Assembly: GCA_044229845.1 (NCBI GenBank)
Contig: JBGASG010000004.1
Span: forward strand, 64,001-128,000
Source: Candidatus Obscuribacteraceae bacterium
Lineage (GTDB): Bacteria; Cyanobacteriota; Vampirovibrionia; Obscuribacterales; Obscuribacteraceae
Direction of reading: 5' to 3'
Length of the DNA: 64,000 bases
Shown here: positions 36,286 to 46,502 of the stretch, piece after piece
Layout of the letters: each line of letters begins with the position of its first letter
Numbering within the stretch: the stretch's first letter is position 1
Notes under the pieces: model-generated
The model's input: only the letters and a program-made list of their open reading frames with translations
Told to the model about the DNA's origin: nothing
Database searches by the model: none
Translations under genes and position numbers: made by a program

Positions 36286-38298
36286 TCAGAACGAGAACTC
36301 TTTTTCGCGAGAGCAGTACTGGAACATCGAGATAGGTCTGCCAGTGAACTTCTTCAAACTCTTAGCCAGCGAAACGAACGGGGAATAGTCCTTCAGGTTC
36401 TCACCTCCGGACACGTTCAAAGAATAAAACGGAATCTGCGGTTGGCGCTCAACGTAACCGAAGGGATTTTCGCCTGTATCGGGGACGCGCTCGCTTGATT
36501 CGATGACGGTCGTGGTGGCAGGAATTCCACCCACAGACTGCTGGTGCAGTCCATCAAGAATTACTTTCTGAATCTTCACGCCATCTTCGGCGCGGACGTT
36601 CCAGACAATCGGCGCGTAGCCGCACAGCACCAGAATCACATTCGGGTGGTCGATCGATAGATTAACGTCGATGTGTCCGATGTGCTGGTAATCGTTGTCC
36701 TGACCGTTGCTCTGATCCCAAGCCTGGTGCGCGTAGACAACGAGCATCTCAGGTTCGCCGGTGGGCACCGGATTGCTCCACGTGATCAAAGGATAGTTAG
36801 TTTCATTGCGCTTCCATCTCGCAGCCATCTTGTCGCGAAACTGAACGCGCCTCGCTTCCGGTCCTCCCCCCATACCACCCATACCGAGGGAGACTCGCTT
36901 GCCTTTGCCGTCATCGACAAAGATAGAACCATTGCTCATGCGAACGGTTTTGCCGTTCTTGTCGCGGATGGTCATTCCATCAGGACCAATCTGAACGTTG
37001 TCCGGATCGCCTTCCGCCTGATCTTGTGCCTCGTCACGACGGTCCTGCTCAGCATCTGCCGCATCTTGTGCTTGATCCGCTGCTTCCTGAGCAGCATCGC
37101 CATCGGCGCTAGGCACGTTGAGCGAAACAGAGGACTGCCCCTCAGGCGGCGGCCGATCGGGTGGGTTGCGCCCAGCCACACCGACTATCAAAGCCACCGC
37201 GCCTAAAAGAGCGAAGGCAGCCAGGAGAATCGCAATGCCGGCGATCGGCGAAATCACGATGCCTCCAGACTTGGAGCTGGTTGCCGGGCTTTCGCTCGCC
37301 GCTGCTCCAGATTTAGCGGTACCACCACCGGTGATGTCGACGACAGTTTTGTCTTCGAACGGCGCGGCAGTTGCCGGCGCCACTGCGGAGGCAGCAGTCC
37401 CGCCCGCCGCAACGGCTGGCACCGGCGCGCTCGCGGCTCCGGACACAGCGCGTGCCAGCGCCTCGCTCATCTCTCCGACAGTCTGGTAGCGGTCGTCGCG
37501 ATTCTTGGCCATCGCTTTGCGAATCACTTCTTCTACAGCCGGTGAGACGTTAGCCGGCGGACACACCTCTTTAATTGGTGGTGGCAACTCATTCATGTGC
37601 TTGAAGATCGTTTGCACGATGGTGTCACCACGCAGCGGAACATTGCCGCTCAGCACCTCGTACAAGAGACAACCGATGGAATAGATATCAGAACGCGCGT
37701 CGATTTGAGTGCCGGAACACTGCTCGGGGCTCATGTAGAGCGGGCTGCCGAAAAGCTCGCCCGTCTGCGTCAGGTGCTGGGTGTTATCTACTTCTTTAGC
37801 AATTCCAAAGTCGAGCACTTTGGCAATGCGTTCGCCGTCGCTTTCGGTGAGCATGATGTTGCTCGGTTTCAAATCGCGGTGCACCAGTCCTCGACCGTGT
37901 GCATGCGCCAGTCCCTTGCAGATTTGCTGGAAGATCGGCAACGACGCCGCCACACTCAAATAGCCGCGTTCTTGCAAAAGCGCAGCAAGAGTTTTGCCCT
38001 CCAGATAGTCCATCACCAGATATGGTGCCCCGGACTCGAGCTGCCCGTAGTCATAAACGTGCGTCACGTTCGGATGATTCAGAGACGCCGCCAGTTTGGC
38101 TTCCTGCTGAAAGCGGCGCAAATACTTCTCATCTTTTGATAGCTTCTCGACCAGCACCTTGACTGCAACTGGGCGACCAAGTTCAGTGTGCTGTGCCATG
38201 TACAGCGCACCCATGCCGCCTTCGCCGACACGCGCCATCACTCTGTATTTACCGCCAAGCACTTGCCCGACGAGACTGTCGCTACCCTCTACTGACAT
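36286..38298 (-). CDS. membrane Ser/Thr kinase with extracellular domain
   Basis: GEGGMG, HRDLKPSN, DFGIA, GSPLYMSPE; one TM helix. Confidence 0.95.
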   Translation of the reverse strand: MSVEGSDSLVGQVLGGKYRVMARVGEGGMGALYMAQHTELGRPVAVKVLVEKLSKDEKYLRRFQQEAKLAASLNHPNVTHVYDYGQLESGAPYLVMDYLEGKTLAALLQERGYLSVAASLPIFQQICKGLAHAHGRGLVHRDLKPSNIMLTESDGERIAKVLDFGIAKEVDNTQHLTQTGELFGSPLYMSPEQCSGTQIDARSDIYSIGCLLYEVLSGNVPLRGDTIVQTIFKHMNELPPPIKEVCPPANVSPAVEEVIRKAMAKNRDDRYQTVGEMSEALARAVSGAASAPVPAVAAGGTAASAVAPATAAPFEDKTVVDITGGGTAKSGAAASESPATSSKSGGIVISPIAGIAILLAAFALLGAVALIVGVAGRNPPDRPPPEGQSSVSLNVPSADGDAAQEAADQAQDAADAEQDRRDEAQDQAEGDPDNVQIGPDGMTIRDKNGKTVRMSNGSIFVDDGKGKRVSLGMGGMGGGPEARRVQFRDKMAARWKRNETNYPLITWSNPVPTGEPEMLVVYAHQAWDQSNGQDNDYQHIGHIDVNLSIDHPNVILVLCGYAPIVWNVRAEDGVKIQKVILDGLHQQSVGGIPATTTVIESSERVPDTGENPFGYVERQPQIPFYSLNVSGGENLKDYSPFVSLAKSLKKFTGRPISMFQYCSREKEFSF

Positions 38299-38389
38299 CC
38301 AATCAAATCCCAGGACCCGGTATGAGTTGCCCCATTTTATCGGCTATCATTAGCCTTTTGCTATAGACTCTCGCTATAGAGGAACGCCA

Positions 38390-39715
38390 ATGCAGACAGT
38401 GCCTGCAGCAACCCCGGCTCCCGCGCTCTCCCAGTCTGATTCGGAAATGGAACAATCCAACCGTCCCTGGCATGTGCTGCTCGCCACCTGGTTGGGTGGC
38501 GTCTTCGACGGCATGGACTCGTCTATTTTCGCCATCGTGCTCTTTCCAGCGCTGTCCGAATTGATGCACACAAATTCGCATGCGGTGGCGGGACAGTACG
38601 GCTCCTATATCGTGGCGTTCTTCATGGTCGGCTGGGCTCTGGGCGCGATGCTGTTCGGCACGCTGGCTGACTACATCGGGCGCGCTCGCACCATGACGAT
38701 TACGATTTTGCTCTATGCGCTCTGCACCGGTCTATGCGCCATAGCCAACAGCTGGTGGGAGTTGGGTATCTATCGGTTTCTTGTCGGCGCCGGCATCGGC
38801 GGCGAGATGGGCGTGGCGGCAGTATTTTTATCGGAGTGCTGGCCGAACAAGTCGCGCATGAAAGCGGTTTCGCTCATGGCCACATCGTTGGGTTGCGGCT
38901 ATCTATTGACGGCGCTACTGAATCTAACGCTCGGACACCTCGGCTGGCGGGCGCTCTTCGTAGCCGGCGTCGCACCGGCGTTTCTCACCGTCTACATGCG
39001 GTTCAAATTGAAGGAATCGCATAAGTATCAACAAGCCGACGACGCACGCCGCGCGATCAAAGCTAAGAGCGCCGACGAGCGCACCCAGGAAGAAACTGAC
39101 AGTTTGCGCCTGACCGTCTGGGAACTCTTCACGCCCGAAAACCGCATCCGCACGCTGAATGTCAGCCTTCTGGCCAGCGTCGCGATTATCGCCTGGTGGG
39201 CGGTGCTCGCCTGGATTCCCGCCTGGGTCAATCAGTTGACCGGAACGCTCGCTGTAGAACAACGCTCGCACGCCATGTTCGCCAAGGATGCCGGCATGAT
39301 TATGTCGGGACTGATCGGCGGCATGCTGGTGATGCGCTACGGCTACAAGAAATGCATGATGGTGACGATGGCTCTTGCTTGCGTGATCGCCATCGGCATG
39401 TTCACCACGGTGCATTCATTCTCGCTGAACTTGCTGGCCTGGATTCTCGGATTGGGTTTCTTCGCGCACCTGCCCTTCGTGCTGCTCTGGATGTACATAC
39501 CGGAACTCTATCCCTCGCGCATCCGCAGCACCGCCTTCGGTCTCTCCTACAACGTGGGACGGTTCCTGGCTGCGTTTGCCGTGCTGGGAAGCGGTGCGCT
39601 GATCAAAGCGTTGGATGGCTCCTACGCCATCGCCGCCTCAATCGTGGCATCGGTCTACATCTTCGGTGTGGTCGCGGCTGCTTTCATGCCCAAGACATCA
39701 GGCGAAATCAACTGA
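38390..39715 (+). CDS. MFS transporter (aromatic acid/sialate-like subfamily)
   Basis: GTLADYIGR motif A, GAGIGGE, PELYPSRIRSTAFG; about 12 TMs. Confidence 0.92.
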   Translation: MQTVPAATPAPALSQSDSEMEQSNRPWHVLLATWLGGVFDGMDSSIFAIVLFPALSELMHTNSHAVAGQYGSYIVAFFMVGWALGAMLFGTLADYIGRARTMTITILLYALCTGLCAIANSWWELGIYRFLVGAGIGGEMGVAAVFLSECWPNKSRMKAVSLMATSLGCGYLLTALLNLTLGHLGWRALFVAGVAPAFLTVYMRFKLKESHKYQQADDARRAIKAKSADERTQEETDSLRLTVWELFTPENRIRTLNVSLLASVAIIAWWAVLAWIPAWVNQLTGTLAVEQRSHAMFAKDAGMIMSGLIGGMLVMRYGYKKCMMVTMALACVIAIGMFTTVHSFSLNLLAWILGLGFFAHLPFVLLWMYIPELYPSRIRSTAFGLSYNVGRFLAAFAVLGSGALIKALDGSYAIAASIVASVYIFGVVAAAFMPKTSGEIN

Positions 39716-39735
39716 CCCGAGCGCCTCATCAGGAG

Positions 39736-39850
39736 GAGTTGCGGGATCCGCACATTTTGAGCGTGTCCGTGCTCACTTTGAGATTAGAACGCAGCCTCGA
39801 ATGCAAAAACTGCGCACGCGAGGCTCCAAAATGTGCGGATCCCGCAACTC
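39736..39850. repeat. MITE/REP-like element with perfect 24-bp inverted repeats
   Basis: GAGTTGCGGGATCCGCACATTTTG (39736-39759) and its reverse complement (39827-39850). Confidence 0.8.
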
Positions 39851-40142
39851 ATTGATTTGGTGAGGAGTAGGGTTGCGCAGGACGGTGCTCCACCGCCACA
39901 AAGCTTAACTCGATTTAAGGTCGAGCTTTGAACTTTTTCGCCCCCTCGAACGTTAAAGGTATGTGAGACACCTTTTTGTGGTTCCGGAACGAACATGATG
40001 TTCGCGGTTCCGTTTTGGCGCGCGTCCGGCAGATCGCCGAATGCCACCACCCGGCGTGCGCAACCCCGGCATGGGCAATCAATTCATTCACACGGCATTC
40101 AGTTTCAACGGCAGTCAGTTTCAACGGCAGGCACGCACTGAT

Positions 40143-40991
40143 ATGAATATGGCTTCTGCAACAACGACTCTTGTTCATCAGCAACAACTACCGGCGCAAG
40201 CTGCAGGCAGAGCCCCGGTTCCACCCGCGCTGATGGCGATGGTGGCATTTGCCGCCGCAGCGCTGGCGGTTTCTTCCCTGGGACTGGTTATCGATCCGCG
40301 ACTTATCGATGGACAGCATGCCTGGCTGCATGCCTTCAAGTTCAGCGCGTCGCTGTGCATATTCGGCATCACGATGGCGTGGATGTCCACATTCATTGAG
40401 CGCACTCGCAATTGGCTGCCACTCTGCGCCGTTTCCGCTCTCACCGGCACAGTGTGCGAGTTGACCACACTGACTCTGCAAGCCTGCCGCGGTGCCAGTT
40501 GCGCCGTCAACTTCAGCACGCCGGTTGACGCCGCGATGTGGACGCTCGCCACAGTCTCGATATTGCCGGTGGCGTTTGCAACGCTGGTGATCTTCGTACT
40601 GCTGATGCGGGAACCGGATCTGCCGCCGGTGCTCGGGCTTTCGCTGAAGCTGGGCGTATTCCTCACGCTTCTGGGAATGGCACCAGGGGTGGTGATGCTG
40701 CTTCCTCAATTATGGAAGGCTTCCCACTGGTTGGCTCCGAATCTCACAACCTCGTTTAGTCAACTGGCCACGCTGATGCAACACATCGATGCGGCTGGCG
40801 TCAAAGACAAGCTGCGCGCGGTTCACTTCATCGGATTGCATGCGTTCCAACTCGTGCCGACTGTGGGTTTTATATTGACGCGCATTCCCTACTCGCTGTC
40901 GGAGCGCGGTCGCTGCACCCTGGTTTTGACTGCAGCCATCGTTATCTTTGATCTGATGCTGCTACTTGTCTGCGAAGCGCTCTACTTTTAG
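40143..40991 (+). CDS. multi-pass membrane protein of unknown function
   Basis: About 7 TMs; WLHAFKFSAS and LRAVHFIGLHAFQ motifs. Confidence 0.75.
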   Translation: MNMASATTTLVHQQQLPAQAAGRAPVPPALMAMVAFAAAALAVSSLGLVIDPRLIDGQHAWLHAFKFSASLCIFGITMAWMSTFIERTRNWLPLCAVSALTGTVCELTTLTLQACRGASCAVNFSTPVDAAMWTLATVSILPVAFATLVIFVLLMREPDLPPVLGLSLKLGVFLTLLGMAPGVVMLLPQLWKASHWLAPNLTTSFSQLATLMQHIDAAGVKDKLRAVHFIGLHAFQLVPTVGFILTRIPYSLSERGRCTLVLTAAIVIFDLMLLLVCEALYF

Positions 40992-40999
40992 GGCACGGC

Positions 41000-41113
41000 T
41001 GGCCGCCATGGCGGTCACGAAATGGTGAATTTGACCGCCATGGCGGCCAAAGCACCTCGGAATGGCCGCCGTGGCGGTCATATTCGGGGTGTTGGTGACC
41101 GCCACGGCGGCCA
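41000..41113. repeat. BIME-like array of four 18-bp REP-like palindromes
   Basis: TGGCCGCC(A/G)TGGCGGTCA in alternating orientation at 41000, 41032, 41063, 41096. Confidence 0.85.
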
Positions 41114-41151
41114 CATTGACTGACGGCATGAACGGGTTGAATGTCCGGAAA

Positions 41152-41937
41152 TCAGTGCTCGGCCATGGCTCTCGTCATGTGAGCCATGAGTCCGCGCGGA
41201 ATCATCTTGCCACTGGTGACCGCAAACTTGTTCGCGATGCCGGTAATCACGATCGTCTGCCCGCGTTTAAATCCGCGATAGCCTTCATCGGCGACCGCGG
41301 CAGCCGACTGCACCGGACTCAACTTGAACAATTTGCTCCCGTCGACATCGGCACGCTTCTGGAAATGCGTATACGTCGGTCCCGGACACGTACAACTGAT
41401 CACAACACCTGTGCCTGCCACCTCATTTGCCAGCGCCTCCGACAGTGAGATGACATACGCCTTGGTGGCATAGTACACGGACATCATCGGACCAGGGAAG
41501 AAACCAGCTACAGAGGCGACGTTCAAGATGCCTCCGCGCTTGCGCTGCAACATGCCCGGCAGATACATGCGCGACAAGCGCGTCAGTGCCACCATGTTTA
41601 CTTCTAGAATGTCCATCTGCGTTTCCAAGTCGGCTTGCGCAAAGGCGGTCTTCATACCGAAACCCGCATTGTTGACCAGCACATCGACGGGCTGCGACAG
41701 TTTCTTTAAAGCATCGTCAATCTCGAGACACGATTCTTTCGGCTTCGACAGATCTGTCGCGACGATGTGGCAAGTCACCTGCGCGTTTACGGCATTCATT
41801 GCTTGCGCAGCCTGGCGCAATTCGTCCTCGCTGCGCGCCACAAGCACCAGGTCATAACCGTCGCGCGCGAAGCACTTCGCCAGTTCTAACCCGATGCCTT
41901 TGGACGCGCCTGTGATCAGCGCCAGTTGTGTCGTCAT
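41152..41937 (-). CDS. short-chain dehydrogenase/reductase
   Basis: TGASKGIG, NNAG, YYATK. Confidence 0.95.
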   Translation of the reverse strand: MTTQLALITGASKGIGLELAKCFARDGYDLVLVARSEDELRQAAQAMNAVNAQVTCHIVATDLSKPKESCLEIDDALKKLSQPVDVLVNNAGFGMKTAFAQADLETQMDILEVNMVALTRLSRMYLPGMLQRKRGGILNVASVAGFFPGPMMSVYYATKAYVISLSEALANEVAGTGVVISCTCPGPTYTHFQKRADVDGSKLFKLSPVQSAAAVADEGYRGFKRGQTIVITGIANKFAVTSGKMIPRGLMAHMTRAMAEH

Positions 41938-41972
41938 GCCAGTACCATTAATGAACCCGCGTCATTATAGAG

Positions 41973-42911
41973 CTATGGCAACTTTCTGAGAAATGCATCG
42001 ATGCTTTCGTTGTAGAGCTTTTCGTTGACATCGATCATGTCATTGTGTCCCGCGCCGGGCACCATGACGACGGTCTTGGGCTGCGACGCTTCGGTGAACA
42101 GTCTGTGTGATTGCGCCGGCGGAACCAGATGGTCCTTATCGCCATAAAGAATCAACAGTGGCGGGTGCGCTCCTCTGACATAGCTGAGATTTTCATAGTC
42201 GGGTTGGGGGAACGCCCAGTCAGGATAGAGGCGCAGCAAAAGGGCACCATCCTGCGCCACATTGGGCAACGAAGTAAAGGGTGAATGCATAATGATGCCC
42301 GCGACCTTGCGCTGCTCGGCGACGCGGGATGAGATGCCGCCGCCGATAGATTCGCCGTACAGGACAATCTGTTGCGGCTGATAGCCGAGTTTGTCTTTCG
42401 TGTAGTCGTAAACAGCGAGCGCGTCATCTTTAAGTCCAGCTAGGCTGAGCGCACCTTCGCTGCGTCCATAACCGCGATAGTCATAGATGATTACGGAGAC
42501 GCCTGATTGCAGCAAGCTCTTGGCGATGAACAGGCGGTTGAGCAGATTGCCGGCATTGCCGTGATTGACTATGACTACTTTTGAAGAGCCCGGCGCCTTG
42601 AAATACCAGGCGTCTAATTTAGCACCGCCGACGGTGGCGATCTTCAGTTCTTGCTTCGGTATATTGATGATTGAAGGTATTTTGAACAGCGGGCTTTCAG
42701 CGCCGATTGGTCTGAGCGCCACCATCGTGTAGACGGGCGAGTGCAGCAGCAGCCCGGTCAAAAGATAACAACTGAGCGCAATAATCGCCAGATTGCGCAG
42801 TTGCAGGCGGAGCAGGCGCTTGCGAACTTGCGGGCTCGCGGAAGTAGCTGTGGTAGTTTCTTCACTCATCGGTGTGTCGATGCGGTCGGCGGCTGTCGTC
42901 CCCTCATTCAT
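41973..42911 (-). CDS. membrane-anchored alpha/beta hydrolase (ABHD-like)
   Basis: HGNAGN, DYRGYG, GESIGG, GAGHND. Confidence 0.9.
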   Translation of the reverse strand: MNEGTTAADRIDTPMSEETTTATSASPQVRKRLLRLQLRNLAIIALSCYLLTGLLLHSPVYTMVALRPIGAESPLFKIPSIINIPKQELKIATVGGAKLDAWYFKAPGSSKVVIVNHGNAGNLLNRLFIAKSLLQSGVSVIIYDYRGYGRSEGALSLAGLKDDALAVYDYTKDKLGYQPQQIVLYGESIGGGISSRVAEQRKVAGIIMHSPFTSLPNVAQDGALLLRLYPDWAFPQPDYENLSYVRGAHPPLLILYGDKDHLVPPAQSHRLFTEASQPKTVVMVPGAGHNDMIDVNEKLYNESIDAFLRKLP

Positions 42912-43040
42912 CGTATGGTACCTCGTGGCAGTTGCTTTTATGAGCCTACGAGGCGGAAGGGCACACCCGTGGGCACTCTTTGACAGTTAATAAAGTGTAG
43001 AAGGGGAATAAGTGTTCGTAGAGTTGACGAGATTGCTGGG

Positions 43041-45005
43041 ATGACCGACGTAACGCCTGCCGCGATATCCGCGGCTACCGAGTCCAAAGCAAGTGCGCGC
43101 GAGGCAGAGCGCAAGAAGTTTCAGCAACATATCGAAAAGCTGGACGAGCTTTGCAAGACCCGCCCTAATGTCTATTTCGCCCGCCTGATCGCCCTGGCTG
43201 CCCTGGGCTATGCCTACATCTGGTTGGTTCTGGCGGCGCTGGCGTTTTTCTGTTTTCTCTTGTTGCTCCTGCTCATCAAATTGCCGTTTCTGGCACTAAA
43301 ACTTGGTCTGCCGCTTTTGATACTAATCGGCGTGATCATGCGTTCCTTCTGGATTAAGGGCACCCCGCCGCCGGAAGGTGTCTACCTGAAGAAACATGAG
43401 TATCCTCAGGTCTTCGAAATCGTTGAAGAAATCAGGCAAGCCATTAACGCACCGCGCGTCGATGCCATCGTTGTGATTCCCGACTTCAACGCAGCCGTCA
43501 TGCAGCGGGCACGCCTGGGACTTCTCGGCTGGCACAAAAATTATTTGCTCCTGGGGATGCCGCTCATGCAAGCGTTTCCGCTCGATCAATTGAAGGCAGT
43601 TCTGGCGCACGAAATGGGACACCTGGCGAAAAGTCACAGCGCTAATTGCGCCTGGATATACCGGGTGCGCGGAGTCTGGACGCAGCTCATGGACAACCTC
43701 TCCGGTGATCAGTCGGTCGCAACCGTGTTGTTCGGCAAATTCTTCGACTGGTACGCACCATATTTCGATGCTTCATCTTTTGCCCTCGCTCGCATGCAGG
43801 AGTACCACGCCGACGAGTGTGCGATACAGCTCGCCGGTCGCGACGCCAGCGCTGCCATGCTGATTGGCACGCACGTGAAGGGACAGTTTATCGAACGCAA
43901 GTACTGGCAAAATCTCTGGAACGACACAAAACATCTCAACACACCCTACGAACGCCCATTCACAGACATCACCGAAAAGATCAACGGCACAATGTCTCTG
44001 GAGCAAGCGAGCATCTGGCTCGAACTGGGTTTCAAGCAAAAGACCAACTACCTCAACACGCACCCCTGCCTGAAAGAGCGGTTGCGCGCCATACTCAAGG
44101 TCTCTGACGAAGAAGTGGTGGCTTGGGCGCAGTCCAATCTCGATGACATGCTCAAGGTTTCTGTGCCGGCATCCGAAAGTCTGTTCGGCGAGCGGCTACC
44201 CGCATTGCTGCGTGAGTTGGACAAAAACTGGTGCACACTGGTAGGACCAGCCTGGGAAGAGCAGCACAAGCAACTTGAAGAATACCGCAAGGAGATCAGC
44301 GACCTCGAAGAGAAGTGCGCGCAAGACGGCAAGCTCAGTGATGACGATCTCGTCACTCTTGCAGCCATGAAAGCGCGAGTCGATAGCTTCGAGGCAGCCA
44401 TGCCTCTGTTCAACCAGGCATTCGAGCAGGCTCCGGATAATGCGTTGCTGCAATACACCTATGGACAGTGGCTGGTGGATGAAGAGAACGCCGAAGGCGT
44501 GCAATACCTGGAGCGCGCAATGGAACTGGATGGCTCACTGGCATTGAATTGCTGCCAGGCGATTTATTCATTTCTACATGAGCGCGGTGAGAACGAGGCG
44601 GCTGATCGATTTCTGGATAAGGCACAGGAATGCGTTGAGAAATGGGTCTTGTCGCAGCAGGAACGCTCCAACGTCTTTGACGCCGACACCTACGAAGAGC
44701 ATGATGTAGAGCCGGAGAAGATGAGCAAGCTGACGGAGTATTTAGAAACCCAGGGAAAGGTGGCGCGGGCTTATTTCGTACGCAAGCACTGCAAAATATT
44801 TCCGGAGAAACCTTTATACGTGCTGGTGATCGACTTCAAATTCGGACCCGGCGGCAATTATCCGCCCGATGATCAAGTGCTTCAAGAGATCGCGCAAAGC
44901 GGCGCGGTCCCCGGCGAAACAATAATTGTCGCGCGCATCAAAGCACCAAGGAATCTGCTCAAGGTAATCACCGACATGAGCAGCGCACAGATCCTGTCGA
45001 GTTAA
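43041..45005 (+). CDS. M48-family Zn metalloprotease with C-terminal TPR
   Basis: LAHEMGH, QEYHAD, THP; N-terminal TMs. Confidence 0.9.
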   Translation: MTDVTPAAISAATESKASAREAERKKFQQHIEKLDELCKTRPNVYFARLIALAALGYAYIWLVLAALAFFCFLLLLLLIKLPFLALKLGLPLLILIGVIMRSFWIKGTPPPEGVYLKKHEYPQVFEIVEEIRQAINAPRVDAIVVIPDFNAAVMQRARLGLLGWHKNYLLLGMPLMQAFPLDQLKAVLAHEMGHLAKSHSANCAWIYRVRGVWTQLMDNLSGDQSVATVLFGKFFDWYAPYFDASSFALARMQEYHADECAIQLAGRDASAAMLIGTHVKGQFIERKYWQNLWNDTKHLNTPYERPFTDITEKINGTMSLEQASIWLELGFKQKTNYLNTHPCLKERLRAILKVSDEEVVAWAQSNLDDMLKVSVPASESLFGERLPALLRELDKNWCTLVGPAWEEQHKQLEEYRKEISDLEEKCAQDGKLSDDDLVTLAAMKARVDSFEAAMPLFNQAFEQAPDNALLQYTYGQWLVDEENAEGVQYLERAMELDGSLALNCCQAIYSFLHERGENEAADRFLDKAQECVEKWVLSQQERSNVFDADTYEEHDVEPEKMSKLTEYLETQGKVARAYFVRKHCKIFPEKPLYVLVIDFKFGPGGNYPPDDQVLQEIAQSGAVPGETIIVARIKAPRNLLKVITDMSSAQILSS

Positions 45006-45044
45006 GAGAGTATCTAGCATCCACCGCCAGTGGTATCAACTACT

Positions 45045-45668
45045 TCAATAAGGCTCGACTATCATATTGTTATCCTGAGCCGTTTTCAAAATCTCGACAC
45101 GAAGTGCATCGTCTTTGAGGGGGCAAACAGCCGTTGCAGAAAATGCTGCTGCGCAGCGCTCATAAAAGGCAAATGCATTCTCATCGTTGTGTGCATTGCC
45201 GAAGATAATTCCGTCGAGGTGCCCGTACACGAAAGTGTTCTCATAAAAGAATCGGGACCATGCTTGGCTGAATTGCCGGTTGCTGTCTTTGCAAACCGCC
45301 GATACAGTTCCGGCATTCATTGCACCCGTTCCTCGAAGATCAAGAAGGTTCAAGTCACGACTCACTGCTAAAGACGCGACCTCCACATTGCTCGTCTCAA
45401 CAATCTTCGCATCGCCAAAAATTTCAACGAGGCACCCGGAAAGAGCCTGAGCTGCATAAATGATGCCGCGGTCAGCGTCGTGCGCAGTTGTCGGAAAAGG
45501 TGCCCGATGGTGGTCGAACCGCGAGACTGGTCCGAAGTGGCGAAAACTTAGTGCTGTCGCACCGAACTTGGTCGGGTCAAATAGTCTGATCAGCTTCGAA
45601 CCCGCAGGCAGCACATAGAGAATTGGCTGAGGCGGATTCACAGGTGGTGGAAGAGTAATTTGAACCAA
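45045..45668 (-). CDS. RES-domain toxin (putative NAD+ phosphorylase)
   Basis: RFDH, IYAA..CLVEIF, LLDL, DGIIF pattern. Confidence 0.85.
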   Translation of the reverse strand: MVQITLPPPVNPPQPILYVLPAGSKLIRLFDPTKFGATALSFRHFGPVSRFDHHRAPFPTTAHDADRGIIYAAQALSGCLVEIFGDAKIVETSNVEVASLAVSRDLNLLDLRGTGAMNAGTVSAVCKDSNRQFSQAWSRFFYENTFVYGHLDGIIFGNAHNDENAFAFYERCAAAFSATAVCPLKDDALRVEILKTAQDNNMIVEPY

Positions 45669-45671
45669 ACC

Positions 45672-46280
45672 TTATGTCACCCCTACAGCCTGAGCTTCAT
45701 GGATGACTTCATCCAATTTTCCCTTTTTGAGGAGGTCCACCGGTCTCAAGCCCTCAAAAACCTTATTCGGGGAGGAAAGCCAACTGATTTTCGTGAACGT
45801 ATTGCAGCTCAGAGCTTTCATCACATCGGTTAGACCTTCTACAACACCGTTTGGACTCTGATGATCAAATTGCCAGTCAGGAAACTTCAATACGTTGTTA
45901 TCGAGGATGCCGAGCAACTGTCCTGTTCGGACGCGATCGTGCACGGTCTGGCGAGAGACACCCAACATGTCCGCGACAGTGGTGGCTGGGATTGCATGTG
46001 CCAAAAGACTCTTCCGATAGGCGAAAAACTTATACAGCGCGGCAAGGTCCAGCGCCTTTTGTTCATCGGGATCAGCCTGCCGCGCGCCTATCAAATTAGC
46101 GAATGAGGTGTTACCAGTGGAGGCGATTTTTTCTGGTGGCAAAACTCGTTTTTCGAGCCACTGCTCTCCTTCCGGTCCTAAGGTCTCTAACAGCTCATGC
46201 ACGAACGCACGCATCGCCGGCTCGTTTCTCAGGAACTCGAGTGCTCTTTGTTCAATTGGAGTCGGCTGCGTAGGAGACAT
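45672..46280 (-). CDS. antitoxin partner of RES (HTH + Xre/MbcA/ParS-like C-terminus)
   Basis: VADMLGVSRQTVHDR HTH, FPDWQF, WLSSPN..RPVDLL; 3 bp upstream of the RES gene. Confidence 0.82.
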   Translation of the reverse strand: MSPTQPTPIEQRALEFLRNEPAMRAFVHELLETLGPEGEQWLEKRVLPPEKIASTGNTSFANLIGARQADPDEQKALDLAALYKFFAYRKSLLAHAIPATTVADMLGVSRQTVHDRVRTGQLLGILDNNVLKFPDWQFDHQSPNGVVEGLTDVMKALSCNTFTKISWLSSPNKVFEGLRPVDLLKKGKLDEVIHEAQAVGVT

Positions 46281-46311
46281 GCTGATTGACCTGCATAACT
46301 ACCCCATTCTC

Positions 46312-46361
46312 AGCCTATCATGACTCGTCCATCTCGTCAACTTGACCAACTTGACGAGATG
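46312..46361 (-). promoter_or_regulatory. TA promoter with overlapping inverted-repeat operator
   Basis: Minus-strand TTGACG-N17-TAGGCT with TGn extension; 11-bp IR CATCTCGTCAA/TTGACGAGATG at 46330-46361. Confidence 0.7.
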
Positions 46362-46502
46362 CAGCCCAGAAGATACCAACGATTTGGATTCGATGGCAAC
46401 GCTCTTGATGAGCAAAATCGGAACGCGCGCGTGCCGTATGGTTTTCGGGGAGACCATTAGTGTTGGGCGACTAACTTTGGATTCCGAATCAGAGAATGCC
46501 CG

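Noticed and set aside
41000..41113. CRISPR array
   Set aside because: Repeats alternate in orientation, spacers are only 13-15 bp, and there are no cas genes.
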